Assembly: GCF_006345805.1 (NCBI RefSeq)
Contig: NC_042997.1
Coordinates: 17,608,001-17,672,000 of the forward strand
DNA length: 64,000 nt
DNA from: Octopus sinensis
Lineage: Eukaryota
Reading direction: 5' to 3'
The stretch's first letter is position 1. Each line of letters opens with the position of its first letter. The notes beneath the pieces are model-generated. The model made no database searches. It saw nothing but the letters and a program-made list of their open reading frames with translations, and was not told where the DNA came from. The translations under genes and the position numbers were made by a program. Of the stretch, positions 1-13,109 are shown one piece after another.

Positions 1-117
1 ATATAAATATATACATATATATATACATATATATATACATATACATACATATATACATACATACATATATACATACATATATATATACATACATATATAC
101 ATACATACATACATACA
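1..117. repeat. (TA)n/(TACA)n compound microsatellite
   Basis: Directly visible dinucleotide/tetranucleotide repeats. Confidence 0.95.
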
Positions 118-153
118 AAAATTCCCTGTCTTTCTATATCTAGTCAGTTTAGC

Positions 154-3100
154 ATGACTGGTGGATGTCCACTCTGCTCTCAAAAAACAAAGAGACTTTT
201 ATTTACAAAATCTAGATGGAACTTGAACATTTCATGTTGGAATGTGCACACTCTGTTGGATAACAAGAGTGATTGTAGGCCTGAAAGATGCACTGCACTT
301 GTTACTTGCAAGCTGAACCCTTATAACAGATATAGCTGCACTTTCAGAGACTCGTATAGAAGGTGATGGTCAGCTTGAGGAAGCAGGAGATGGATTACTC
401 CTTTTTGTGGAAGGGTAGGCAGAAGCGGGGAGCACAGAGAGGCTGGTGTTGGCTTTGCAGTTCGATCTGATATCCTTAAGAAGTAAGAGGAGCTTCCTGT
501 TCCTATAAATGAACATCTAATGACCTGAAAGCTGGGTGGTTTGCTACTCTAATAAGTGCCTATGTACCTACTTTGACTAGCTGTGCTGAAGATAAAATTA
601 TTTTTTATACCCAGCTGAGAGCCATACTTAGGAAAATCCCCAATTCTGATAAAGTCATTCTACTGGGGGATTTCAATGCCGAGGTTGGAACAGACTGGCA
701 AACATGGAACTCTCTAGAATGTTATGGAGTAGGGAAAATGAATAGCAATGGTCTCATGCTGCTGGAGCTCTGTGATGAACATGAACTTTACATTACAAGC
801 ACTCATTTTATGCACAAAGGTGATCACACAACAACATGGATGCATCCAAGATCTAATGTTTGGCACTTGCTGGATTATGTCATCATCCGCAAGCATGACA
901 TCTATGACATTTGGATCGGAATGCTACACAGACCACAGTCTGGTGCGAGCAAAGTTCAGGATGATGATTAGAGTGAAAGAGAGAGAAGGGTCTGTCAGTA
1001 TTCCTAGCATCTGAATGTCCACAAGATATATGATGCTTTATTAAGGAAAGAACTTCTGACTTGCTTGTCCAGCATTGAAAATACTGCAGCATGGGAAGAT
1101 TTTTGAGACCAGGTTCTTCAATGTGATGCTGAAGCACTGGGATATGCTACTGCCAGACACAGAGACTGGTTTGATGAAAATGATACTGATGTTCAGTGAC
1201 TATTGGTTGTAAAGCACCATGCCCACAATGTATTGCTACACAGAGGACTTTCCACTGTGCAGCAAAATCTAGCACTTGCCAACTATAGCAGTGTAAAATC
1301 ACTACTGCAACGATCTCTCAGGAAGATGCAGAACACTTGGTGGGAGGATCTCGCTCATGATGATCAGGCTGCTGCTGATGAAATGACAGCAAGCTTTACT
1401 ATCTTATGAAGCATGTTTATGGGCCTAAGAGCTCCACATCAGCTCCTTTGCTTTCCAAGGAGTCTTCCACTCTGTTTGCTAAATCAACAGAAAACACAGG
1501 TCACTGGATTGAACATTTCTCTGAACTCCTAAACCATGTGTAAGTTGTGGATGAAACAGTGATTGATATTACGCAACAAAGACCTATCATTGGCTCCTTA
1601 AACTCCACACCTCAATAGATTTATTGACATCAATATGTAAATTGAATCTTGGTAGGGAACCTGGAAAGAATGGAATTTGTGCTGAGGTCTTGCAATTTGG
1701 TGGTGATTGCATCATACAGTTCCTTCATGAACTTATTAGTGCAGTCTGGAGGGATGGTGCAATGCATAAGGAATGGAAGGATGCAATTATTCTTCCTCTA
1801 TATAAAGGTAAAGGAGCCAGAACAACATGTGGTAACTACAGAGGTATTGCTCTGCTATCAGCTGCTGGCAAGGTTCTGGCAAATATTCTTCTTACCCGTC
1901 TGAATGGGTGTCTCGTAAATGATGTCCTATCTGAATCTCAATGTGGCTTCTGATCTGGTAGAGGGACAATAGATATGATTTTCACAGCAAAACAGATGCA
2001 GGAGAAGTGCTATGGGCAGAATATCAATCTTATCCAGGTATTCATTGATTTAACGAAGGCCTTTGATACTGTGAATAGGGTCTTGCTATGGAAAATACTT
2101 GGCAAACTTGGATGTCCAGATTACTTTGTAGCTATAATTAAATAATTTCATGATGTGATGAAGGCTTGAATCAATGTTGGTGGTGGCATGGCAGGACCCA
2201 TTCCCATAGAGAATGGTATCAAGCAGGGTGACATCCTTGCCCCAACACCCTTTACCTTATATTTTGCTGCTTTTGCTAAGGTTAGTTCTCTGGAATATAT
2301 GTCAGATATCGATCTTCTGGCTGCCTCTTTAATCTGTACCAATTTGCTGCCTGTTCAAATGTTTTCCAGTTTCTTATTTGTGACCTCCTTTATGCAGATG
2401 ACTGTGACTTACCCACTCATACAGTGGATGACATGCAAATACTTATGAATCATATTTCTGTTTCTTGCAAGGCATTTGGACTCAGCATTAGCCTGGACAA
2501 GACTGTTATAATGTTCCAGCCTGCACCAGGAAATCCATATGTGGAACCAGCTATCTTGGTTGAAGGAACATTTCTGAAAGTGGTAGACAATTTTGTCTAC
2601 CTGGGCAGCACACTTTGCCGTTCTTGCTCCCTGGATGATAAAATATCTTTCAGGCTGCAGAGAGCAACTGATTCCTTCCGGTCTCTTCAGTCTCGTGTCT
2701 GGTCCCAGCATGGCATCAGAAAGCAAACAAAAATTGCTGTGTACCGTGCATGTGTACTGACATTGCTCCTTTACTCATGTGAGACATGGAGCCTTTGCAA
2801 ACGTCAGGTAAGGGTCCTTTTGTCAGAGATGTATCAGACACATTCTGAATGTTGGCTAGACCTTAAAACCTCCAGACACACAGGTCCTGAGGACATCTAA
2901 TATTTTGAGTATTGTGTTGATGGTGCACAAGCCCTGGTTACATTGGACAGGACACCTTATTAGAATGGAGGATAGCAGGATCCCAAAGCAGATGCTATAT
3001 GGGAAACTTGTGAATGGAAAGAAACCCTAGTAGAAACCAAGGCTGTGAATTAAGGACTGTGTCAAGTCCTTATTAAAGGCTTGTGATATGCAGGAGAGTG

Positions 3101-3290
3101 ACCAAGTGAACAATGCCTGTCATTGCCACAGATGGAGGGAGCAGGTTAAGGAGGAGGTCGAAACTTTTGAGAGAGCTCATATTCCACATGAAGAACTTAA
3201 GCATGCTGCTTGAAAGCACACTGTTTGCAGTCGTGTATGCTTGTCAAGAGCAGGGCTCATTAGTCACCAATGCAGGAGAATGTCTCAAAT
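154..3290 (+). mobile_element. Decayed, near full-length RTE-clade LINE (APE endonuclease + RT + C-terminal C2H2-like finger)
   Basis: Fragmented ORFs with APE motifs (ISCWNVHTLLD, DKVILLGDFNAEVG, WHLLDYVI) and RT motifs (WKDAIILPLYKGKG..CGNYRGIALLS, QCGF, GIKQGDILAP, FVYLGS, LLYSCETW). C-terminal VCSRVCLSRAGLISH at about 3221-3270. Many stops and frameshifts. Confidence 0.9.
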
Positions 3291-3291
3291 A

Positions 3292-4610
3292 GCCAAAAGG
3301 GAAGCTAGGAGACAGGTATATATATATATATATATATATAGCCAGGGGAGTTGCAGAAAAGAAGTTTGCCAATGTTCAGCAATGTGTGGACCAAGGAACT
3401 GAAGTATTTGGGATCAGAAGACAGATTGTGAGAGAAAATTGTGATGACATAGGAGAGAAATGTGTCTGCATGCATGATGGTGCCCTTGTGTTTAATGATT
3501 CTACAAAGAAAGAAGCTTGTAAATGCCATTGTGAAAGACTGCTGAATGTGGAGAATGAGTGGGAAGAGGAGAGTCTGCAAAAGGTTGAGCAAATTGAAGG
3601 ACCAGCTACCTGAATTGACAGTACCTTGATAGATAAAGCAATTAAGGACATGAAGACAGGGAAATCACCTGGCCCATCAGGAATCACTGCTGCGATGCTT
3701 GTAATATCAGGCAGTGTGGGTTATTGCCTTGTCACCAGCATTGTAAATCAGATAGTTTATGAAGGAGTCATACACTATGACTGGTGTAGCAGCACCATAG
3801 TCAACTGCTACAAGGATAAAGGTGATGCTTTAGATAGAAATAACTATAGGGGTATCAAATTATTGGGTCAGGTGATGAAAGTTACAGAGAGGGTCATAGC
3901 CCAACTAATTGGGGAGAGAGTTAGACTAGTTTAGATGCAGTTTGGTTTGGTGCCAGGCAGAGGCACCAGTGATGCTATATTTCTGGTAAGGCAATTGCAG
4001 GAGAAATATCAAGACAAAGATAAACCTCTGTACTTGGCTTTTGTTGACTTGGAGAAAGCCTTTGACAGGGTTCCCCAATCCCTTATTTGGTGGTCAATGC
4101 AGAAACTGGGAAAAGACGAGTGGTTGGTAAGAGCTGTACAAGCCCTGTACAGGGATGTTGTCAGTAATGTGATGTTTTGCAATGAGTATAGTGAAGAATT
4201 GCAGGTAGAAGTAGGGTTTCACTAAGGATCAGTCCTCAGCCCCCTCTTATTCATCATAGTCCTCCAGGCGATAACAGAGGAATTCAAAACAGGCTGCCCC
4301 TGGGAGCTCCTCTATGCTGATGACCTGGTTCTAATAGCCACGTCACTGCCATAACTAGAGACGAAGTTTAGGGTGTGGAAGCAAGGTCTAGAATTAAAGG
4401 GCCTTAGAGTTAACCTAGCAAAAACCAAAGTTTTAGTAAGTAGGAAGGCTGACAAATCACAAACCCCTTCATGTAGATGGCCCTGCTCTATCTGTAGAAA
4501 AGGTTTGGGTAGAAACTCCATATGATGTACCTGGTATAAGCTCTGGTCACATAAAAGGTGTAGCAATGTCAAAGGAATGTTAACTGGAAGATAGTTTTTG
4601 TGTGTGGCAG
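3292..4610 (+). mobile_element. Internal fragment of RTE/RTEX-like LINE (RT domain through PHD-like finger)
   Basis: ORF pieces TGKSPGPSGIT, NYRGIKLL, FVDLEKAFDRVP, LLYADDL, WPCSICRK. Homologous to 15730-17030. Runs into a (TG)n tract. Confidence 0.88.
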
Positions 4611-4790
4611 TGTGTGTATGCATTTATGTAAGTGTGTGTGTTTGTATGTGTATATGGATATATACATATATACATACGCATACACATATGCATACACACA
4701 CATACATGCATACACACATACATGCATGCATACATACATACATACATGTGTATGCACACATACACACTAACCATACACATGCGCACAAAC
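4605..4790. repeat. (TG)/(TA)/(CATA) compound microsatellite
   Basis: Directly visible. Confidence 0.9.
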
Positions 4791-5029
4791 AAACAAAAAG
4801 AACAAAGCTCAGATAACGGACAGAGTCAACGATTATTGATAAGGTTGTGAGACGCAATGAAAAATTTAGGAAAAATAAGAAAGTAAATGAGTTTAAACTT
4901 TACCAGTGAGTGTGTTAAATAATAAATAATAAAAGAGAATCACTCTCCCCAGACCCAACAAAATATGCTTCAACACACGAACTCATATAAAGAATCTTGC
5001 AAACCAAATCCGAAAACGAATATATATAT

Positions 5030-5427
5030 ACTAGCAGTATCGTCCGGCGTTGCTCGGGTTTGTAAGGGAAATAACTATATAAGCATTTTTAGTGAGTTAT
5101 AGCAAAAAATTAGCAAAAAAATGCATTAAAAATGGAATAAAAAATGATGGTAATATTTTTTTAAATCGTTGACTCATCGTAGACATTTTTAGAGAGTTAC
5201 TTCCCTTATATAATAGCGAAAAAATGCATTAAAATGGAAGAAATGATGATAAATTTTTTTTAAATCATAGACTCATCGTAGACGCACGCTAATACCCAGA
5301 AGAGCTCGGTATGAATCACGACTATAAGATACCCGAATTTGGTTAAACTGCACCGCAAAATGTGGGAGTAGTTAGGAATCTAAATCGTAGGAGACAGACA
5401 CACAACTTCACTTTTATATATAAAGAT
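5030..5427 (+). mobile_element. Non-autonomous Helentron/HINE-like element, family H1
   Basis: Starts actagcagtatcgtccggcgttgctcggg next to (TA)n and ends gacagacacac...ttttatatataaagat. Internal subrepeat is duplicated. Other copies at 6448-6680 and 50830-51150. The class call rests on resemblance to DINE-1/Lep1-like architecture. Confidence 0.6.
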
Positions 5428-5660
5428 TTGTGCAACAACTAAAACATTCGGTTGAGCAAATTGTTTGCACAAGAAACCTGCCCTGTGTGGCGGTTTTTGC
5501 TGTTTTTGTGGATCTGTTTCAGCTATTTTAGCGATTTCTGTTTTGGCGACTTCAAGCCATGAAGTCGTTGTTCTAAAAGAACGCTGGTCTCCTTGACAAC
5601 GCTTTACGATGTTGATTTCCCTACCCTGCCTTCCCCACAGCTTCACAAGGGAGGGAAGAA
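5428..5660. repeat. Dispersed repeat X, copy 1 (copy 2 at 6205-6445)
   Basis: Clear direct homology starting ttgtgcaacaactaaaacattcggttg in both copies. Confidence 0.8.
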
Positions 5661-5749
5661 GGGGAGGAGCTACACAGGTGCAGGTGCGAGCATGAACGCC
5701 AACGCCGCCACCAACACATGAAAAAATTGGAAGAACTCAGATGACAGCT

Positions 5750-6090
5750 TCAGCCACTACCACCATGACCACCACCACCACTACGCCCATGACCATCACC
5801 ACGAAGACCACCACCACCACCATCATCACCACCACCACGACCACCACCAACAACAACAACACCACCACCACAAAGACGACGAACCACCACCACCACCACC
5901 ACAAAGACGACGACCACCATCGCCACCACCATCACGAAGACCACCACGACCACCACCATCATCACCACCCCCACCACCACGACCACCACCACCACCAACA
6001 ACAACACCACCACCACCGCCACCACCACAAACACGACCACCATCACCACTACCAGCACCACCGCCACCACCGCCTCCACCACCACCATAA
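5750..6090. repeat. (CAC/ACC)n low-complexity trinucleotide tract
   Basis: Directly visible; explains the poly-His/Thr/Val/Gly ORFs in the track. Confidence 0.95.
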
Positions 6091-6204
6091 TATGCCTCTG
6101 CTCTCTCCTTTTGGCTACTAAATCCATTACCATATTTCACAAGTACCATCGCCATACAATATTGCCTTCAAAAGTTTGTGTTTGGATAATATTTTTTAAG
6201 TAAA

Positions 6205-6669
6205 AGTTGTGCAACAACTAAAACATTCGGTTGTGCAAATTCTTTGCACGGGAAACCTTCCCTGTGTGGCGTGTTTCCCAATTTTGTAGAATTTGCTTTC
6301 GGGCTTTCTTAGCCATTTCTGTTTTGGAGTCTTCAAGCCATGAAGTCATTGTTCTAAAAGAACGCTGGTCTCCTTGACAACGCTTTACGCCGTTGATTTC
6401 CTTACACTCACTTCCCCACAGCTTCACGAGGGAGGGAAGAAGCAACAACTTCCCTTTATTTAAAAAATATGCGTTAAAATGGAAAAAAATGATGTTAAAT
6501 TATTTTTAAAATCGTAGACTCATCGTAGACGCGCGCTAATACCCAGACGAGCTCGATATGAATCACGACTATAAGATATCCGAATTTGGTTAAACTGCAC
6601 CGCAAAATGTGGGAGTAGTTAGGAATCTAAATCGAAGGGGACAGACACTCACACAACTACAGTTTTATA

Positions 6670-6680
<11 letters not shown>
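6205..6680 (+). mobile_element. Repeat X copy 2 fused to the 3' part of H1
   Basis: 6205-6445 matches 5428-5660; 6448-6680 matches the H1 3' half. The join lies at shared acttccct. Confidence 0.65.
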
Positions 6681-6709
<29 letters not shown>

Positions 6710-7237
6710 ATATTTAAAGGGAAACGAATGCCGCTCATTTCCCTTCTTTCAGCTATATGATAGAATTCAGTTGCATAGACATAGTAAATAATGAATTTTG
6801 TAAAACTTCTGGTATGCCATTCATAAATAATCTACTTCCATAAAGTATCGAAGATGTTGAGCTTTAATATTGGATTTAAACAAAATAAAAAACTTCTATT
6901 TTCATAAATTATTTGTTTTTAGCTTTCCAAGAAATATGTATGGATCAATAATGAAAAAAGAAAAATTGATGATATTCTACTAAAAAAAATTGCTTTAAAT
7001 ATAAACTAGACAATTGAAATTGTCTACATTTTTGGTAATAGAATTAGTTTGGAAAAGTGAGATTTGATGATGAATATTTGTAGCCAATATTAGGCTGGCG
7101 TAGGGCTGATAAAGCAATAAATAGAGCATTGAACCAAATACCTTAGAAAATTTTATTACAACCTTTTTTGTTACAACTAAAATTCCACTGACAACAACAT
7201 CACTTGTCATTGCTTCAGGGAAAATTATATATATATA

Positions 7238-7287
<50 letters not shown>

Positions 7288-7445
7288 TTACACATACACA
7301 CTCACATATCATCACTGTATTGTATGTTTAAATATGCAAACAAGTTGAAAAAGTACTCAATTACATTAAGTAAAGTTTCAATCTCTTTTTATGATTACAA
7401 GGCATTTTTTTTGAAGTCACAACTCTGTAGGGAGATTTTGTTTGA

Positions 7446-7477
<32 letters not shown>

Positions 7478-7699
7478 ATACTTTTCACTCCTATAGTGTG
7501 AAGACATAATTTTGATTCACTCTTTGAAACTTGTTTTATTTCAGGTATTACAAAATGAATTATTCTTTGGAACCCTTGTAAAAAGCACTATAATTGTCTA
7601 ATCAGGTGCTGCCTTTTAGTTTGTTTCACAAACTTTTAAAATTCTATGTATATACATTATATTTTCATATCCAAAATTGCTACCACACACAAATATGTC

Positions 7700-8880
7700 A
7701 CATGACAAAACAATACAATGGCTAAAAGAAGAAAAACCAAATCAAAATATACAGTAAATGCACAAGAGGAAGAAGAAATTTTGACTATTTTGAGACATTC
7801 GAATATATGAAACATTTTCTATTAATAGTTCCCTATAATGTGAACAATTGATAGAAGAAAGTGTCTGAAATACTCAAATAAGTAATTTAGAAAACAACAA
7901 CAGTAGGAACTCTATATACTTCTAAGTACTGCGGACTGTTCATATGGCAGTTATGTGAAAACAAACCTTGCTTCAACACTAAATCAACAAACAGAATTTT
8001 TAGACCTTAATACCAAGTAGTACAACAAGCTATCCAAGACATGATGCAGGAAATTATCTTAGCTAAAAAAGGTCAAAGTTATAGCTCTACTTGCTGTACC
8101 TTTAAAATTGAAAATACTGAGAAAATGCAGGAATGAATTGTCAAACATATCTCTGACAAAACATCTGTGTTCCAGTACATGAATCAAAGACACACAAGAA
8201 TTATAGAAAAACATTGGACATGATGTAAACTCATGCCTATTTTTGTGCCACGATATGGGAGAGTGGTCAATACTTGTCAGAGTAATACACACCTTACAGC
8301 AAATATCCTAAAGAAACGGAAAAATTAAGCATAACCAAAGAAAACAATAACAACAACAAAAAGAACAACAAACTACAGTTTATAGTCACCATCAACTAAA
8401 ACTCTGTGGATGGCAAAGAAAATATATTTAGGCCTATTATCAAAAATATATGAGAAAATATATACCCAAACAATACCAATGCAAAATGCCACATCTTCAT
8501 TATATGATGGGAATGAAATCATTACAGGAGAAAAATAAAGGAAATGCAGTGGATGAAGATAACTAAGATTTGCTGTTCTTTGAAAAACAGACATTTAATA
8601 GATAAACTTGTGTATGTCATGCTGCAGACTCTCTGAAGAAGTTTTAATGACACAAAAACACTAGGTTTAGAATATAAACAACTTGCAAAAGCTAGACTGC
8701 TAATAAAATTAAGACATTGTATTGAATTTAAAAAAGAATACCCTGAAGGTATTGGCATTTTGTAATACCAGTTGTCTTTAAAAATGCTCACTAGTGCATT
8801 TGGCTGCACTTGAATACAATTTGTGAAATAAATAAGTGAATGGTATCTTGGAATATTCAATTCAACCCAACCAGAAAATG
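7700..8880 (+). mobile_element. Possible highly decayed R4/Dong-like non-LTR relic (N-terminal part and start of RT)
   Basis: A-rich coding-like sequence. taataccagttgtctttaaaaatgctcactagtg at about 8763 resembles the RT motif NT.YK..TS. Motif support is weak. Confidence 0.3.
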
Positions 8881-9199
8881 TTTTCATGTCTTATTTCTTT
8901 AAACTATATCTTGTTTTAATTGCTGTGTTTTATTGTAACTTATTTTCATGTACATGTGTCTATGCATATAAATATATATGTGTATATAAGCATAGGTGTG
9001 GGCATGTGTGTATATATAGGGGTATGTGTGTATATGTATATGCATGCACCTTTAAAATATATCTTCCTATTTATTGCATAATGCCCCTTATCTCCACCCC
9101 TTAGTAATTTGTAAAAGTGTTTTTTTTCATACTTTGCTGTCTTCCTTTATAATCTTTGTAACCCCTAGAAAAAGTCTAACTCTTAATCCCTTATTGCTA

Positions 9200-9500
9200 A
9201 TAAAATAAGTACCAGTCGAGTACTGGGGTCGACTAGGCACCTTACCCAAAATTTCAAGCCTTGTGCATTTAGTAGAAAGGATCATCATCATCATCACCAT
9301 CACCATTATTATTATTGTTAGGACTGTGACCTGGCAGAATTGTTATTGTGACAGAAATATTATTTTCAGTATTTATTTTAGCTTTTTATATTCTGAGTTC
9401 AGATCAAGGCAGCAAGCTGACAGAATTGTTACTGCACCTGACAAAATGCTTTGCAGTGTTTCTTCTGGCTCTTCATTTTAGTTCAAATTCCATTGATGGA
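9200..9500 (+). mobile_element. Decayed SINE fragments
   Basis: aaataagtaccagt..gtactggggtcga and gcagcaagctgacagaattgtta segments; the first resembles 40370-40480 and 62490-62870. Confidence 0.5.
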
Positions 9501-9679
9501 GCTTTTTGAACTAGTGTTTTTTATGGATGGTTGTTCTTTCTGACCCTAATTATAATTGCTACTTATGACATGCAGAGATACAGTGTGTCTATTTTAAAAT
9601 TGGGGACTCAAAGTTTGTGAGTGTGTATACATATGTACATATGTCAATCCTCTGTCAGGAGATGACAAAGGACTGAGAT

Positions 9680-10020
9680 ATGTAGCACATTGCTGTACTT
9701 GAGAAGACTACACACCATAACAGAACAGATCCTAAAATCAAGGTACCACATAAAAAGCATTGGTGTGGGTGCTGGTACCATGTAAAATGCATTAGTGTTG
9801 GTGTCACATAAAAAGAACTGATGATGTTGATATGTAAAAAACAGTCAGTACTCTCTGTGGAGTGGCTAGTGTTAGGAAGGGCATCCAGCTGTGTAATCCA
9901 CAAAAGCAAAACAGACTATAGAACCTGGTGCAGTCCCTGGCCTTGTCAGTTCCTGTTAAGCTGACCAACCTGTGCCAACATGGAAAACAAATGTTAAATG
10001 ATGATGATGATGATCATCAT
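9680..10020 (+). mobile_element. 3' UTR/tail fragment of the RTEX-like LINE, ending in (GAT)n
   Basis: aggaagggcatccagctgt...caacatggaaaacaaatgttaaatgatgatgat; homologous to 35840-36220. Confidence 0.7.
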
Positions 10021-10033
10021 CATATCTCTCTCC

Positions 10034-10067
<34 letters not shown>

Positions 10068-10068
<1 letters not shown>

Positions 10069-10760
10069 CTAGCATTATGACACGTCGTTGCAGGGTCATA
10101 GTGCTAGTGCATGTATATATGTGTACATATTACATGTACATCTATATATATACATCTACACATAAAATACAAAATACAAAGTTATATCTTGATATCGCTA
10201 GTGATAACAATACTCAAAATATATAACAGACTGGAATTGTAGGCCCGTCTGGTAAACGGTTTGTGCACACCTCCATCTGGACTATTCCATTTCTGCACGC
10301 TAATTTTATTTTCAATTTATTCCCATTCATGTGAAACCACTTATTCAAGTTCAAGTCATTGATGCAATTTTATACTAATTGCTATTTTTACTTTTGTTAT
10401 GTTACGATTATATTATACTTTAGTTTGATTTTAATTATTACTTACCACATATAATTCAATTGCTATTATTATCTCTAATTTTTATTGTTAAAGTGAAAGT
10501 ATCTGACATAAAATAGAGAAATGTTTTTGTTTCAGTTTTAACACGTAATACTGAAATAGTGGAGAAGATATGATATTGCCATGGGCTCGCCCTAGGCAAG
10601 AAGTTGAACATTTCTTTTTGCCCATGAAACTACATGGACCCTAAGTAAAGCATGTGTAAAATTTGAATGAAATTGGTTGTGTAGTTCTCAAGTTTTAGGG
10701 AAACACACAGACAGACAGACAGATAGACACACATTCTCAGTTTTATATATATATAAAGAT
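10068..10760 (+). mobile_element. Non-autonomous Helentron/HINE-like element, family H2
   Basis: 5' actagcattatgac...gtcatagtgctagt 14-bp hairpin, (GACA)n tract near the 3' end, terminus ttttatatatatataaagat. An inverted copy lies at 27483-28555. Confidence 0.65.
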
Positions 10761-10784
10761 ATATGCAAACATATATATCTATAG

Positions 10785-11190
10785 GATTGGTTAAGCTCAG
10801 TCGTGGCTCGGAGAAGCTTGCTTCTCAACCACATCGTTTTGGGTTCAGTCTTATGGCATGGCTGACCAAAACTTTGTGAGCAGGTTTGGTGGACAGAAAC
10901 AGAAAAAAGCTTGCCTTATATGTTTATATATATGTGTGTGTGTGTGTATACCCTTGACTCAACATCATATATTGGTTGTAAATGAGCATCACCATCAAAC
11001 AAGCTATCTTGTTTGTTCTTAGGCTTCAGTGAAAAAAAACATGTCTGGTTATGGGAAAATATCACCTTAACTGGAAACAGGTGAGGGTCGATGATAGGAA
11101 GGGCATCCAGCTTTAGAAAATTTGCCTTAATGAATTCTATCTGAGCCATGCCAGCATTGAAATGTGAATGTCAAAATGATGATGATGATA
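10785..11190 (+). mobile_element. tRNA-headed SINE with RTEX-type (GAT)n tail
   Basis: B-box-like gggttcagtc in the head, central gtgtgtg tract, tail ggaagggcatccagct...ccatgccagcattgaa...gatgatgatg. Confidence 0.7.
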
Positions 11191-12044
11191 TGAGTCGTAT
11201 TAGTTTGGCAAGTGACTTAATCTGAGATTATAAATAAGGCATACTTTTAATTTCATTTTTCTGAAAGTTAAACAGAAATGTGAGGAGAGAGCTCATGAAC
11301 TTTGCAAGTCATTCCAGACATTTTCAGAAAATATATACTGAAATAAAATGCTTGTAACAGAATCACTCTTACTAAATGCATTTGAGTTGAAACTGACTAA
11401 TACATTGTAGTAAAATTACTATATAACAACAAAAAATATATGTAAAACTATTATTTTATTGTGTAATCATTTTTATTTTTAATAATCTTGTTATATTTAA
11501 CAGTACATCTATGATCTAGACCACCACAATTTATTGGTATGATTTGAACTCAGAGCTAGCCTGGTAAAGAAGTTTGCTAGAAACACAAGTTGATAAAATC
11601 AATGTCTGTCAAAAAAAAAATGATGAAACCAGAATAGGGTCAGCTACATGTCTGCAGTGACATAACAATACTCAGGTTGGTGACTACGCTAAAAGATCAT
11701 AAAATGTGATGGCTATGCTTGTATTCTTTACGTAGGGTAAAAGCTGCTTTTAAAGGAAAAGATCACTCAAGAGTGAGTACTTTATTCTCAATCACTTATA
11801 TTGCAACAGAAACTAGGAGAAACTCTAGCCTACTGAGCATGTGGGCTCATGACAGGCTTAAGATCTAAGGCCTAATGAAGCAGACATTATATATACAAGG
11901 TTCTTTCTGTCTTTCAAGCCATACAATAACTCTATGTTGATCCCAAAACATAACAATGAGAAAGTATGTGGAATTACACAATTCTCACTGCAATTATGAT
12001 ATCCATTATATTTCTTTATAAGTTGCTTGATACTGTAAGCTCAT

Positions 12045-12270
12045 TCAGTGAAGTAGCATGGGTTTTTGTCACCCAATGTGGCAGCTGAAATGGCTGTCCA
12101 CTTTCTTAAACAGAAGTATTGACTATGACAAACATATATAAAGTGACCTCCCTGTGTAAACAAAATAGATAGGCTACTTTATACGCATGTGTTTACTGTA
12201 GTCAAAACTTCTGTTTAAGAAAGTGAACAGCCACACTTTGCACATTTCATGCTATACTATGCTACTGAGT
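12045..12270. repeat. Old imperfect foldback (MITE-like) element
   Basis: ggctgtccactttcttaaacagaagtattgacta (about 12092) is the reverse complement, with mismatches, of tagtcaaaacttctgtttaagaaagtgaacagcc (about 12199-12232). Confidence 0.7.
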
Positions 12271-13109
12271 TCATATATATCCCAACAAAATTATTTAGCT
12301 GCAATGTAACATCTGGCTGTTGAAGTTAGTTGGTTCCTATGAATCATAAGGCTTGAACTCAGATGTCTAGTGATTTCACAACTCAACAGTAATGCCACAC
12401 TGATTTTGTTAATAGTTTCTGAACAATATTTTGCTTAATATTCACATTCCTATCAATAATAGTAAAATTAGGTGGAAAGGAAATTTCTTTTTAAAGAAAA
12501 CGTGAGAGCATTATTTGAAAGTTTGTGACAAAATGTATTTTAACAAAACATGACTTTCTCACAAGATAAATCAATTATATCTTTAGAAGTTTTGCCTTCT
12601 GGGAGTAATGTTTTAGGCAAGACATGACTTTAGATTTAATAATTAATACCAAAAGTCAAGGTACATAAAAAAAACTGCAATAAGAAATAATCTTAAGGCA
12701 TTGACAATGTACACACGCACAAACAACCAGAAATGAAAAACAACAAAAAACTTTAGATGTTTTATGCCTCCCTTTGAAGTTTTGCTTAAAGAATGAAACA
12801 TAAAACAAACTAAGACAATTTTCTAGAATTAAAGAGACTTTTGTTAATAACACTGTTGATTATTGTATGGATATTTGTCAGTGTTCAATAGAAAAATACC
12901 TGATATTAACTATATCTTTGCAATTCACTGTGAGGGTGTGTATATATATGTGTGTGTGCATGTATTATATGCTTGTGTGTATATGTTATATCTATGTATG
13001 TGTATGCAAGTATAATATATACAACTATATTAATATCTATCTACCCCTCACCCACACACACATATCCATATGGTCAAAAGTACAAGTAAGACCATGAGGA
13101 AAGGGAACA

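Noticed and set aside
4830-4875. TTGATAA...GAAAAATTTA as another U3:A8 hammerhead
   Set aside because: Stem II register is off by one base and stem I cannot form.
5741-6155. Poly-His/Thr/Val/Gly ORFs of 109-127 aa
   Set aside because: By-products of a (CAC)n tract, open in many frames; no splice or codon evidence.
6900-7620. Host exons after ttatttgtttttag (about 6922) and ttgttttatttcag (about 7544)
   Set aside because: The frames close within about 10-30 codons, donors are weak and no protein is recognisable.
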